The notes under the pieces: generated by a model
Database searches by the model: none
Told to the model about the DNA's origin: nothing
Seen by the model: only the letters and a program-made list of their open reading frames with translations
Made by a program: the position numbers and the translations under genes
Origin: Octopus sinensis
Lineage: Eukaryota
Direction: 5' to 3'
Assembly (NCBI RefSeq): GCF_006345805.1
Contig: NC_043002.1
Location: forward strand, 66,278,001 to 66,342,000
DNA length: 64,000 nucleotides
Part shown: positions 1-11,258 of the stretch, one piece after another
Position numbering within the stretch: position 1 is the first letter of the stretch
Layout of the letters: every line of letters starts with the position of its first letter

Positions 1-200
1 AACTTCTATGAATTTTAACACGTCTTTTTGAGGTATCATCAAAGTAAAACCAAATACGTTTCTTGAAGGTAAAGGGACACAACTACGTACCAATCACAAA
101 CGACTTTGCAGTAATTCAGTTACCTCCCTTCCGCGTTCAACTCTCGCCAAATACGTAGCAATATTTTAAAGAATTCTAGCTCGCCAGACACATTTTTGAC

Positions 201-812
201 CAGAGGTGGGGAAACCTTTTTTGCGCGGTGAGCAAAGATTTACAAAGAAAAATTTCCGCGTGACACTTATTAACCATATTTACAATATTTTTCCGTTGTT
301 CAAATCTCTCCAAATTGACATCGTCTTTTCCAGACCTCATAAAATCAGTAATTAAATCGATATTAAATTTGTAGACAACAGATTTTCTTCACATTAATTA
401 GCTATCTTAACACTAGTTAAAAAAAAAACAAAAAGCAACTAACGCATGGCAGTTACGTCCCTTTATTGTACTTTTTTTTTTTTTTCGTACGTTCAAATAT
501 CTCTATCTGGGCGTTAACTTCTCCGGACCACATAAAACGAATACTAGTAATTAAATAGGGTTCGATTCAGTAGATAATAAAGTTAATTTACCGCAACTAG
601 CTACCTAAATACTAAACCAAGAAGCCAATGAATATATGGCACACTATCGCATGGCAATTACGTCCCTTGCATATGTTTTTTAGCTTAAATTAGTCATTAG
701 CAAACTGCGACCCACGTGACTTTCTGAATGGTATACTTTTAGTGGTGCGGCTCGTCTGGTGATGAGCAATGTCTCTTGCGGCCCGTTTCTCGAGAAACGT
801 TGTCCATGCATG
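201..812. mobile_element. hAT-like non-autonomous DNA element (MITE), degenerate
   Basis: Starts CAGAGGTGGGGAAACC and ends GTTGTCCATGCATG, a loose CA..TGG..AA TIR pattern typical of hAT/Charlie MITEs. GCGGCTCG/GCGGCCCG subterminal motifs are present, plus an internal degenerate ~200 bp duplication (both units end CGCATGGCA.TTACGTCCC). No clean TSD. Confidence 0.4.
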
Positions 813-975
813 ATTTAAATCCCCCAGGCTGCTATGTAATATGACATTTCATTTATATTACAATTTAATATTAATAGTCAGCATTGCGTTCTCTAATTAA
901 TTACTAAAGTTGTTTGGCACCTTTGAAAAACAGAGATTGTAAAATAAACAATAAAATAGCAAGTCGCTATACAGA

Positions 976-1273
976 CACGGTTGTGTGGTTAAGAAGCTCA
1001 CTTTGCGACCATGGGGTTTGAGGTTCAGTCCCGCTGAGCAGTATCACCTTGGGCAAGTGTCTTCTATTACCCAGGAGTGAATAACGCATTGTGTGTGGAT
1101 TCAGTAGACGGTAACTATGTGAAAGCCCGTCGTGCGAGTGGCCGTGTGGTAGGAAGCTTACTTCCCAGGCACATGGTTCCGCGTTCAGTCCCACTGCGTG
1201 GCACTGCTATAGCCTCGAGCCGACCAAAGCCTTGTGAGTGGATTTGATAGTCGGAAACTGAAAGAAGCCCGTC

Positions 1274-1348
<75 letters not shown>

Positions 1349-1560
1349 CGTGTGTGCTTGTGTGTGTGTGTGTTTGTCTCTCCACCATCGCTTGACAACC
1401 GATGTTCGTGTATTTACGCCCTTGTAACTTAGCGGTTCGGCAAAAGTTAGAATAAGTACTCGGCTTACAAAGAGTAAGTCCTGAGGGCGATTTGTTCGAC
1501 TAAGGGCGGTGCTTCAGCGTGGCCGCAGTCAAATGACTGAAAGAAATAAAAGAATAAAAT
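976..1560 (+). mobile_element. tRNA-derived SINE family A, two tandem/nested copies
   Basis: Pol III-like head (TGTGTGGTTAAG ... GGTTCAGTCC), CTTGGGCAAGTGTCTTCTA core, internal (TA)n(TG)n microsatellite and tail ...AAATGACTGAAAGAAATAAAAG. The same family recurs many times in the window. Confidence 0.85.
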
Positions 1561-2018
1561 AACACTAGCACACCTGAAACGTACCTGTTATAACTCTTTT
1601 ATCTTGATCTGAATGTACGTGAAGGTATCTAGAATGTTCAAACTTATTTCTGCATTGATCAATAAGCGTAGGAGCGAGGTAAATGCAGTAAAAATAGTTA
1701 GGCGGGGTCAGTGGTGGGGCCTCCATTTAAGCGGCCCTTCAGAAATTGAACCTCCTTACAATATCCCCTGGGAGTTCATGTTATGAAATTCGTTGTCATT
1801 GCACCGATTTGGTCGCCAATGCCATGTATTTAGTTTAAAATGCAGTAAAAAGAGGGGTGTCAGTGGGGTCCCAATTAGGTGGCCCTTGAAAAAATAGATC
1901 CCATTAAGACATTCCCTGGGATTAGGGGAGCCGCTGGTTTGAGTTCCGTTGTCCTTGCACCTACAGTCTAGGAGGAGTTAACGAACATAAAAACGTAACA
2001 GAATGAAAAAATAGGATA

Positions 2019-2568
2019 TTTATTATATAAAATCCGTTCTGTGTGTGTGTGTGTGTGTGTGTGTGTCTTCTAGGATCTTGGGCATGCTCCATCCGATTGC
2101 GCTCAAATTTGATATGTAGATACCGGCGGTATCAGGGCGTGTATAAGTCTTGAAAAAATCGATTCCAGGTGAGAATGAGATCAATAAAGCCGTTTTTGTC
2201 CTGCTTTTCTTCCGTCAACCTGCACATAACTGCACCTTCCATTTTTTGTTGTTTTTGTACTGCTTAAAGGCACGTTTCTTTCCTGCCAAGCTTACTGTTT
2301 AAACCATGTTTGTGTTCTCCCAGTCAACGGCCTTATCATTACTGGTACTTTAAACTCTTTGGTTACATATTTGTGTGAATAAAATCGTTTGTCTTTGGAA
2401 TAGAAAAAAAGTCTATCTTTATTTCTTCTTGTGCTGGTGTCTCAAATTTAGATTAAATCAGTGTTTTTCAAAGGGGAGGCCTATGGGACGGTCGGACAAG
2501 TTGTTTTGAGAAAATTTGGTTTAAATGTTTGACAACTCAGCACCGTCTATTGGATGGGGGGCGTTTTG

Positions 2569-2572
<4 letters not shown>
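2019..2572 (+). mobile_element. non-autonomous Helitron-like element
   Basis: 5' A|T(T/C)TATTATATAAAATC, (TG)n, and core TCTTCTAGGATCTTGGGCAT.CTCCATCCGATTG shared with copies at 18030 and 34744. The 3' end is a CCGTCT-ATT-GGATGG hairpin then GCTCA|T, shared with 18500-18548. Confidence 0.55.
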
Positions 2573-2626
<54 letters not shown>

Positions 2627-2639
2627 AAGAGAGAGAGAT

Positions 2640-2790
2640 GTATGTATTTGTGAGTGAGAATCTTGTGTATGACAACATCTCTGTAACTTAGCAATTCGGC
2701 AGAAGAGCCCGACAGAATAAGTACCAAACTCAAGAAAGGTATTGGGATCAATTTATTTCCCCAAAACCCTTCAATGCGGTGCCCAGCATT
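2640..2790 (+). mobile_element. SINE family A, 3' half
   Basis: GTAACTTAGCAATTCGGCAGAAGAG..CGACAGAATAAGTACC and GCGGTGCCCAGCAT match the family A tail. Confidence 0.7.
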
Positions 2791-3135
2791 GGCGTAGCTA
2801 ATCCGTTTATATACTCAACGAATCTAGTAACTCCAGAGAATTAAGATGACTAATTTGCATACTCTAATTATTAAACACTTTAATTAATATCCTCTATCTA
2901 TCTATCTATCTATCTCTATCTCGATATGGACGGACGCTAGTGAAATCGGCTCCACGTAAGTTGGACACTTTTACATGTTTAAAACTCCTTGTTGTCAAAT
3001 ATTTTGTTTTAATCGTTGTGCAAGTTCATTCACTAAAAAACCTGAGAATTATTCACGTAGAATTCCGCCCCTGTATGGGCGAAATTACCAAAAACTTTCA
3101 AAACTTTCGTGGGTTCCTTTTAGCCATTTTTCATT

Positions 3136-3255
3136 TTGAAAATGGCAACTAGAAACCACGTGGCTAGCCCGCCAGTCATGCGGAACGGTAGCGAAACACT
3201 ATTGCTACCACTAGCTGCTAAACCTCGCAGCTTGAACACCGCTGTCACCACCACC

Positions 3256-3287
<32 letters not shown>

Positions 3288-5061
3288 AACTAACGTCGCA
3301 AGACCATTCACCACCCCCGCGACCAAAGACATTAACTTAGATTTCCTCCCACTCCCTACACCACTTGTCGATGATAAAAGGACGGAGAAAGGGATTTCAA
3401 AAACGAATACAGACGAAAACATGAATGCCAGCACCACCACCATCACCACCACCAACAACAACAACGAAATCAGCACAAAGCCGCCTACCAAAGACAACAC
3501 CGCCAACACCAACACCACTACCACGACTTCAATTGCTACAACTAACCCTTCTGCTGCTATCACCGCCAAAATCAAAACGAATTTCGCGGATGCGACAAAA
3601 GAAAAACGAACAATCGTAAAATTCACCACACAGGAAATAAACCTCACAAAAGCACTCTTCACCAAAGAAGGAGACAAATTGCATCTTCACATTCCACAAC
3701 ACATCGTGGAAAACACACACACAAAAAAAACAATAATCTACAAAGTAATAAACATGAAAACAAGACGACCAGAAAATGCACCGCAGGAAAAAATTGAAAA
3801 ATGCCTTCGTCCTGCATGGGACTCCAAGAAGTATATCAGTTGGGGAAATTAATTTGGTACAGTCCAAGTACGTTTCCTCAACAAAAATTTAGCAAAACGA
3901 TTTTCCACATTGGAGCTGCATTCAGACGACTTGGTAATGATACCAATCTATCTAAACCAGAGAGTGACGAAAGTCCAAATAAAAAATGTACCCCCTGAAA
4001 TGGCAGAGACAATGGCAGAAACAAACATCCTTGAAATCGCTGTTCTAGGACAGAAAGACTATGTGGGAAAATCAATCCAATTCCTTCTTCAATTGGACGA
4101 AACAGCAAGAGAAAAGATACCCACCACTATAGAACTGCCAGGAGGCTACAAACTTTATGTAGTGGTAGAGGGCAGGCGACCACGTTGCTATTTGTGTGGA
4201 TGCGAAACACACTTGAAAAAGACGTGCCCAACCACTGCACACCAAGAGCAACAACAACAACCACTACCACAACCAAAACACTCCGGGAAAAAAGCTCTAC
4301 TACCCACACCACCATCAACACAGAAGACGACAAGAGAAGCACACCAAGCTAATCCGTCAACAACCAAAAATTACTCAACACCTGAGAAAATACCAACACC
4401 ACCAACAACAGCAAGAACCAAAGGAACAGAAAAACAAAGAAAATACACAAAAACTGATTCCCCATCCCTTATACCGCACTCACCACACACAAACACTCAA
4501 CAACCAACAGCAACGAAAACAACAGCATAACCACTTACACAGACATATATAGAAGCCTACAACATACCCCTACCCCCTACTGATTCCTCAGAAAATTCGT
4601 CGGAAGACGAAACCAGTGAGGAATGGAAAATAGCTAGAAAAAGAAGGAAAATAAAGAGCAGAAACACAACCAAACCAAATGCAAACACAAACAAAGCAGG
4701 GGGAAATACATCTCCCGAAGACATTTCAAAACCCAACACAAACAACAGCCACACCAACACCACAAAAATATATACAGCAAACATGCTCACAGCTATAGAC
4801 ACCAAAAACACAAATCTGATGGAATACATCAAATCAAAAACAAACCTAACAGAAGATGACATAAAAACAAACAATCACCCATACACAACACCACCAGACC
4901 ACATCAAAATATTACACATCTCCAAAAGTCTGCACCACACACTCAAAGGCATTTTCCCCAGTGCGGTTGGTAAATGCCAAAAATATCTCACAAAGAAACT
5001 GTACTGTGATCTCCTCGAGGACAAACCAAAGGAAGAGAAAGCAAAAACTTTCGAGCAGTAA
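3136..5061 (+). pseudogene. LINE ORF1 (gag-like nucleic-acid-binding protein), two in-frame stops
   Basis: ORF-track pieces 3136, 3910 and 4783 share one frame and are separated only by TAA at 3850 and 4528. Contains RRPRCYLCGCETHLKKTCP (C-x2-C-x4-H-x4-C), an RRM-like segment (FGTVQVRF...VTKVQIKNVPPEM) and T/N/P-rich low-complexity flanks. Confidence 0.8.
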
Positions 5062-5105
5062 GTAACCCTCTGTTCCTTTCACTTGTATTCTAATTCATTA
5101 GGATT

Positions 5106-6981
5106 ATGATCAAGATTGGTTGTGTAAATGCGCGTGGCTTGGGGTCCCCTTGGAAACAAGGGTACCTCTTAAATGACATAAAGTCACATAAGTTAGAAAT
5201 CATAGCCATAAGTGAGACCAGACTCCACAATCCGCGGGCCCTAAAGACCATGTTTGGCGGACAGTTCAACATTTATTTTCCCCCTGTCTGCCAAGAATGG
5301 ACGGTAGTGGCACCGCGGTACTTTTTCGCAAGAGTCTGGATCTCAAAGTAAAGACAATATTCGTAGACCCGGAGGGTAGACTGGTCGTCCTGGATGTCGA
5401 CGGCAGCAATGGGTGCGCTTTTCGACTCGTATCAGTCTACGCACCACACTTAACAGGTCGGGCGGATTTCTTTCAACGTCTAGAAGTATTCTTGGGAACG
5501 TCTCGTCCTTAGTGGGGGATTGGAATGCTACCTTGGACACGCATGTAGACTACGTGGGTAGAGATAGGAATAGACGGGCATGCAAATGCCTCAGAGACCT
5601 GCTCAGACGCTTTCAACTGTCTGACAGGTTCCGACTAAACCACCCGAATGCGCCAACGTGGACATAGAGCAACCGCATCGGGTCGTCGAGATCGTATCTA
5701 GATAGGATACTGTGTAGGACAGTAGATAGAGATAGCATAGGATGTCCACAATTCCACATAGTCAGCTACACGGATCACAAACTTGTGACATGTACGCTAG
5801 ACTTAGGTAAGACACTCAGGCAGGGTCCCGGATACTGGAAACTAAACGCGTCTTTCCCATCGAGACAGGTTTTCAGAGGCCGGATTAGCACACTAGTAAA
5901 GAGGGCTTTGACGGAAGCCATCATCAACAACAAATGGTGGTTTGCCCTCAAGAGAGCAGTAAAAGCAGAAGCGATTAGGTACAGCAAAGCACTAGCCATA
6001 GATAGAAATAGAGTAGAGGGTGAGCTAGTTAAGAAGCTAGAAGAGGCAATTAGAAGCGGCATCGCATCCGACGTTTTGGTGGCGAGGTTGGCCCTCGACC
6101 ATCACTTCAACGCCAAACACGAAGGGTGTGCTGTCAGAGCTAGGATGCGTGCTCTAAGGAACGAAGGTGTTGGAGCCGCGAGAGAAGCCCGAGTGGCAGA
6201 GGCGCAACAGGGCAACAAAGCCACCATTCGGTCTCTGGTAGATGAACAGGGGCGCGAATTGATCGAGCCAAGTAAAATGTGTGAGGCCTTTCAACAGCAT
6301 TTTGCCCGACTGTTCGGGACGAGTGGCGTGCAAGAACGTAGGGTGGACTTCAGTGCCTACCTACACAGCCTACCATGACTCTCGACAAGAGAGGCAGGGT
6401 GCTGCGAAGGTGCCATCACGGCGGCGGAAGTGCAGGACGCGATGGCAGAATGCTCGAGGGATAAATCGCCGGGTTTGGATGGTCTACCCTACGAGCTTTA
6501 CAGTTGTATGCCAGACTTGTTTGGAGACGTCTTGTCAGCGGTGTACTGCAACTGGCAGAAAGACGGGAGCATTCCTGGTTTTGTGAACCGAGGAGCCGTA
6601 ACACTGCTGAAGAAAGATCTAAACAAGGGAAATGTAATAGATAACTTTAGGCCCATCACTCTGCTTAATGCAGACTTGAAAATTTTGGTCAAGAGGTTGG
6701 CGCTTGTCATCGAGAAACTGGTCGACAAGGCACAAACGTGCGCTGTGCCGGGCCGGACCATCCATGACAACCTCCACCTGATGCGCTACATCATAGACAG
6801 GGTAGTTAACGAACCTGGCATGGGTGGGGCGCTGATCAATTTGGATCAATCGAAAGCTTTAGATAGGGTAGACCATCGATACTTGGAGGCAGTCCTCAGA
6901 GTGGCTGGCTTCGGTCCCGTCTTCCGCGGCTGGATAGCCGCTTTGTACAGAGGCATCCGTTCGGTAATTCGCGTAAATGGT
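5106..6981 (+). pseudogene. LINE ORF2 (APE endonuclease + partial reverse transcriptase), disrupted
   Basis: MIKIGCVNARGL, IAISETRL, GTAVLF, VSVYAP, GDWNATLD, RSYLDRI, GPGYWKLN, KSPGLDGLPYELY, FRPITLLNADLKIL, QTCAVPGRTIHDNL, LINLDQSKALDRVDH. Frameshifts near 5280 and 5505; stops at 5665 and 6376. Confidence 0.92.
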
Positions 6982-7429
6982 CAAGCAATAGTTATTTTAG
7001 ATAAGATATGAAATAGAGAGTGAAGTGGAGGAATGAAAATAGACGTGAGATATGCAGAGATATTGCATTTGTAGATTCATTATTTAGGCAGAATGGTATA
7101 CATATAAGATTCCAATACCTTGTGAGTAAATTCTAATAGTATTTAAAATTGGTCATTCCAAGTATAGAGTTTGTACACAGTGCTATTGCATCGAGGATTT
7201 TATTTAAAATTACCTAAAAGTAGGGAATGTATTTGTAAGGTCAATTCGAAAACAGGAAGAGAGGAATAAAGAAAAGAGGGAAAAAAGAAAACAAGGAGAG
7301 AGATAATAGAAATGAAATCAGGGAAAGTGTACTAGTTAGTGGTCTGTCAAGATAACTTGAAAGTAGGAATGGGGAGATGAGGGTGATATAGAGAGAAATA
7401 TGTTAGAGTGTAAAAAGACGGTAGGGTAA

Positions 7430-8605
7430 AGGAGTGTCAGATAGAAGGAATGGGGGTGATAGATGATAGAGTATAGGGTATATTTGAATTTTTGAGATGA
7501 TGTATGTGATTGATGAGTGTTGTAGATTTACTATGTTTATTGTATTTAAAAGAATGGAGTTGAGCGGCATATCGTTGCTTAAAATTTTGGTTGATCCTGT
7601 GTATATGGCTGTGAGTTGGGTAATAGATTAAGGACAGTGCATTTGTAATTTACATTATATCTTCTGCAATGGGTTTGTAACGGGCAGATGGTTCTAGGAC
7701 GGCAATTACAATTAGGTGAATTTTGGGGAATGTATTCAGGAATAGAGGAGGTAATATCGTCAGAAGAGAGGTTAGAGAAGGGGGTAGCAGATTCTAGATT
7801 ATTAGTATTATTAACGTTATTATTACCATCATTGTTATTATTACTATTGTTGTTGTTAAATGTACTATTTGTAAGGGTGGTAGAGATTGTGGTGGTGTTC
7901 CGGGCAGTGTCAGTAGGATGGGTTGGGTTGTGGTTGTGGTCTAATGCAAGGGTATCTTTGCTGGAGCTGTATGTGTGTTAAGTGTTCGTATGGCTAGAGT
8001 TGTAGTTATGTGAGTTTTGATAGTAAAGAGAAAGCTTTTGCTTATTAGAGGCTGCTACAATAGATCCGAAGTTGGGTGGAGTAGAATAAGATAGTTTCAG
8101 GGTGGATCGATTAAAGATAGAATGATATTTATGTTGCCGAGGGAAGTTAGAGTCTAGTATTTTAAAGAAGGATTTAGCTAAGTTCTTAACCTTAAGTGAG
8201 AATGGGTGTGTACCACAGAATAGAGCGTCCGCCGCTTTTTTAAGGGGGGTCTGGGAGTAATGCTATCTAAGTTTTTAGATAAAGGAGTGCTAGCTATATT
8301 TTTGGAGAAGGTATGTGAGTGGCGAGGCCTGTTGTTGTTAGCTGTTTTAGTTGTTTTTGTTTTTGACCTAGTGTTAAATGAATGTGTGTGCGGTCTAGGT
8401 TGCCAAGGTGAAAGACCTAGGGTTCCATCGACGAGTGTGTGTGGTTGGTTGCGATTGTGATGGTTGGTGTGTCTTTGAGATGTGATTTGAGATATTTGAG
8501 CCTGGTGTTATGGATGTTTTCTATTTGTTGGGAAAAGCCGCTAGCGGCGAGTGCTTGATTATAATATGGTGCGTGGTTATTGAAAATTTCCTCGGTGCAA
8601 ACTTC
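7430..8605 (-). mobile_element. Penelope-like retroelement fragment (RT C-terminus, Cys linker, GIY-YIG endonuclease), decayed
   Basis: Minus-strand translation across frameshifts: EEIFNNHAPYYNQALAASGF; ILWYTP/PFSLKVKNLAKSFFKILDSNFPRQHKYHSIFNRSTLKLSYSTPPN; CNCRPRTICPLQTHC..NVNYKCTV; IYTGST..FKQRY..SFKYNKHSKSTTLINHIHHLKNSNIPY. These are motifs I recognise from Penelope-like ORFs. Confidence 0.8.
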
Positions 8606-9419
8606 CACTAACACAACACCAACGTCCTCTCAACGATTAACCAGAGATGATTTTTAAAATGAGAACATCTGAATTAAAATCGACTGCTCTCACAAACGAG
8701 AATACTAAAAATGAACCCGATCGCTCTTAAACGGAAAAATAATCTATATACCTTGTCCGGTACCTGATCGATCCCAATGGGAATCATGGAATGTGCAAGT
8801 AGGTGTGCAGGCTGTGTTTATAATGCTGTTTGTGTGTCGTCTGGGTAATGAAAATATTTGCGTGACTTGAGCGTACACATGTCGATAGGTCTTTGAGAGT
8901 CACTTCGTAAAAGTTTTAGAAACACTTGTTGAAATGCAACAGGAACTTTGATAGAGAAACGTAACTGAACATAAAAATTATAATTCTAACGAAGTGGTCG
9001 GAAAATTTTGTATCTATAACATTTGCTAATACACATTGAGTGAGAGGTGAAGGGAGAGGAGATGAAATACTAACACAGTGAAGGAGAAGTAGTGAGAGTA
9101 ATAGCTATGATTGAGAGGGAGTGACAGAAAGTAATGACCATGAGAAAGACGAAACGAAATGGCAGAGAGAGCGTCGTATGAATGAGAAAAGAAGGGGTGA
9201 GAAATGAATAACGAATGAAAGAGTGAAAAGTTAATAAATGGTATTTGAAGTGTGGGTATATGTGTGTGTAAAAGAGAGGTATGTTTGGGCGCGCGCGCGT
9301 GTACAATAGAAATATTCAACGCTGAATGGTAATATTCAACGATGAGAATATGTGAGTATATGTGTGTATGTGTGTGCGTGTACAAGAGAACTATGAGAAA
9401 CTTTACGCATACATATAAA

Positions 9420-9620
9420 GAAAATATAAAAAATAATCCAGAATCCTTGTCCGGTACCGGTTCGATCCCAAAATCTAATTAGACCGTGCCAGTCACAAGG
9501 TCAACCAAGCCTGAAAGTTTTATCCGCATCCACCCAACAGTTCTTGAGATATCTTGTCCACGAACAAACAAACACGACTGAAAACAATACCGCCGCCTTC
9601 ACTAAGGCGGAGATAATAAA
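9420..9620 (-). mobile_element. Helentron-type (DINE-1/HINE-like) non-autonomous element end
   Basis: Reverse complement reads TTATTATCTCCGCCTTAGTGAAGGCGGCGGTATTGTTTTC..TGTTTGTTTG, i.e. a terminal CCGCCTT/AAGGCGG hairpin followed by (TGTT)n. The motif CCTTGTCCGGTACC.G.TCGATCCC is duplicated at ~8750. Confidence 0.5.
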
Positions 9621-10100
9621 GCATAAACAGAATCCAACTCCAAAACAAGACAAAAACAATAATTCATATTTTCTTTACCTTCTACTCCAATATTTCGGCA
9701 GCGACATTCGCAAACAGCATATCCATATCAAAGGGTATACTTACACAAATGGATTCACCATCTGTGAAAATATATCTGGAGAGCGGTCATGACGTTTGAT
9801 ATACACCGGTACTATCAAGGACACAGAAAAATAAATGAATAAAAATATTAGAAGTTTACGGATTACAGAAGCAGTTCTCATTAAAAAAAATAAATGCTTA
9901 ATCCATTTATTAACAGCAGACGTAATCCTAAGCTACACTCGTTGGCTAATTTTAAGACAATCTTACCGCACGTGCCGTCGCCCGACTTCTCTAATGATGT
10001 TACGACTAGAAAGTGCAAACGACAGAGATAGCTAGACCTTAGTTTTCTTGGTGAGGGATTTTAAATCTGGAATATTGAAATACAAGGCGTGTGTCTATAT

Positions 10101-10450
10101 AGGCGCAAGCGTGGCTGTGTGGTAAGAACTTTGCCTTCCAACCACATGGTTCCAGGTTCACTCCCATTACATGACACCTTGGCCGATCAAAGCCTTGTGA
10201 GTGGATTTGTCGTGTATATATATATATTTATATGTGTGTGTGTGTTTGTCCCCACCTCATCACCGCTTGACAACCGATGGCAGTGTGTTTACGTCCCCGT
10301 AACTTAGCGGTTCGGCAAAAAAGTCCAGTAGAATAAGTACTAGGCTTACAAAGAATAAACCTTGGAGTCGATTTCTGCGACCAAAACCCTTTGAGGCGGT
10401 GCTCCAGCATGGCCGCAATCAAATGACTGAAACAAGTAAAACAATTAAAG
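10101..10450 (+). mobile_element. SINE family A
   Basis: GGCGCAAGCGTGGCTGTGTGGTAAG head through ATGACTGAAACAAGTAAAA tail, with a small internal deletion. Confidence 0.9.
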
Positions 10451-10464
10451 TATGTGTGTGTGTA

Positions 10465-10753
10465 GAGGCGCCATAGCCCAGTGGTTATGGCAGCGGACAC
10501 GCGGTTGTAGGATCGCGGTTTCGATTCCCAGACCGGGCATTGTGAGTGTTTATTGAGCGAAAACACCTAAAGCTTCACGAGGCTCCGGCAGTGGGTGGTG
10601 GCGATCCCTGCTGTACTCTTTCGCCACAACTTTCTCTCACTTTTTCTTCTGTTGACCTGCTCGCTTAGCCAGCGGGGTGGCGTCATTTGAAGGCTAAAAC
10701 AATGTTGCTACAGCGATGTGTAGCAACATCAGATAGCCTGGTCGATCACGGTG

Positions 10754-10755
<2 letters not shown>
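10465..10755 (+). mobile_element. tRNA-derived SINE family B
   Basis: A box TAGCCCAGTGG, B box GGTTTCGATTCC, body CTCTTTCGCCACAACTTTCTCTC. An antisense copy lies at 20090-20394 and a variant at 13148. Confidence 0.85.
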
Positions 10756-10787
<32 letters not shown>

Positions 10788-11226
10788 TCGTAATATGCAA
10801 CGTGTGTATTATGCTTATGCAAATGTATCACAGAGACACAAATGAACGGCGGTATTCGGTCTGATGACAGATGATTCTTTTAATCTGATATTGCTTCTGT
10901 TGTATAGAATGGATTTTTGTCCAGCCGGGCGGCTAATTGCAGCACCACCGGTTTTTCAATCAGTTTTTCTTTATGAGTTGTGAAAGATTTCACCTTACCA
11001 AATACTTGGCTGTGAGTACATGCTACTGACAAAGCCCAGCGAGGCAGAAATGCACATCTAGAATTCTCATCACCGTTGCTGGACGATGTTCGACTGCTGC
11101 TGATATATATGTAACGTTAAACACAGTGCGTCCATTAGAGATATTATCACCGGACGAATGCAGCAGTTAATTTGCCTTTTTGTAATGCAATTACATTAGA
11201 TATGATAAATAGATACTCTGCTCTCT

Positions 11227-11258
<32 letters not shown>

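Larger units (their letters stand above)
2920..6981 (+). mobile_element. Tx1/L1-clade non-LTR retrotransposon, 5' half retained, 3' truncated
   Basis: ORF1 with CCHC zinc knuckle, then ORF2 with APE endonuclease and the N-terminal RT blocks. Homology ends at VIRVNG (~6981), before the YADD motif. The 5' boundary is approximate. Confidence 0.88.

Noticed and set aside
3120-6849. Minus-strand and alternate-frame ORFs overlapping the LINE (e.g. 3120-3677, 5775-6062, 6498-6770)
   Set aside because: Shadows of the A/C-skewed ORF1 and of ORF2; no recognisable motifs.
10861-10890. CTGATGA followed by a CAGAT/ATCTG stem; also CTGATGA at ~37680
   Set aside because: No GAAA box after the stem, and too short for a C/D snoRNA.
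10850-11160. CpG-containing patch with a plus-strand acceptor (~10907) and donor (~11010)
   Set aside because: All three frames contain stops, with no partner exons or homology. It may be a non-coding exon but I cannot support it.
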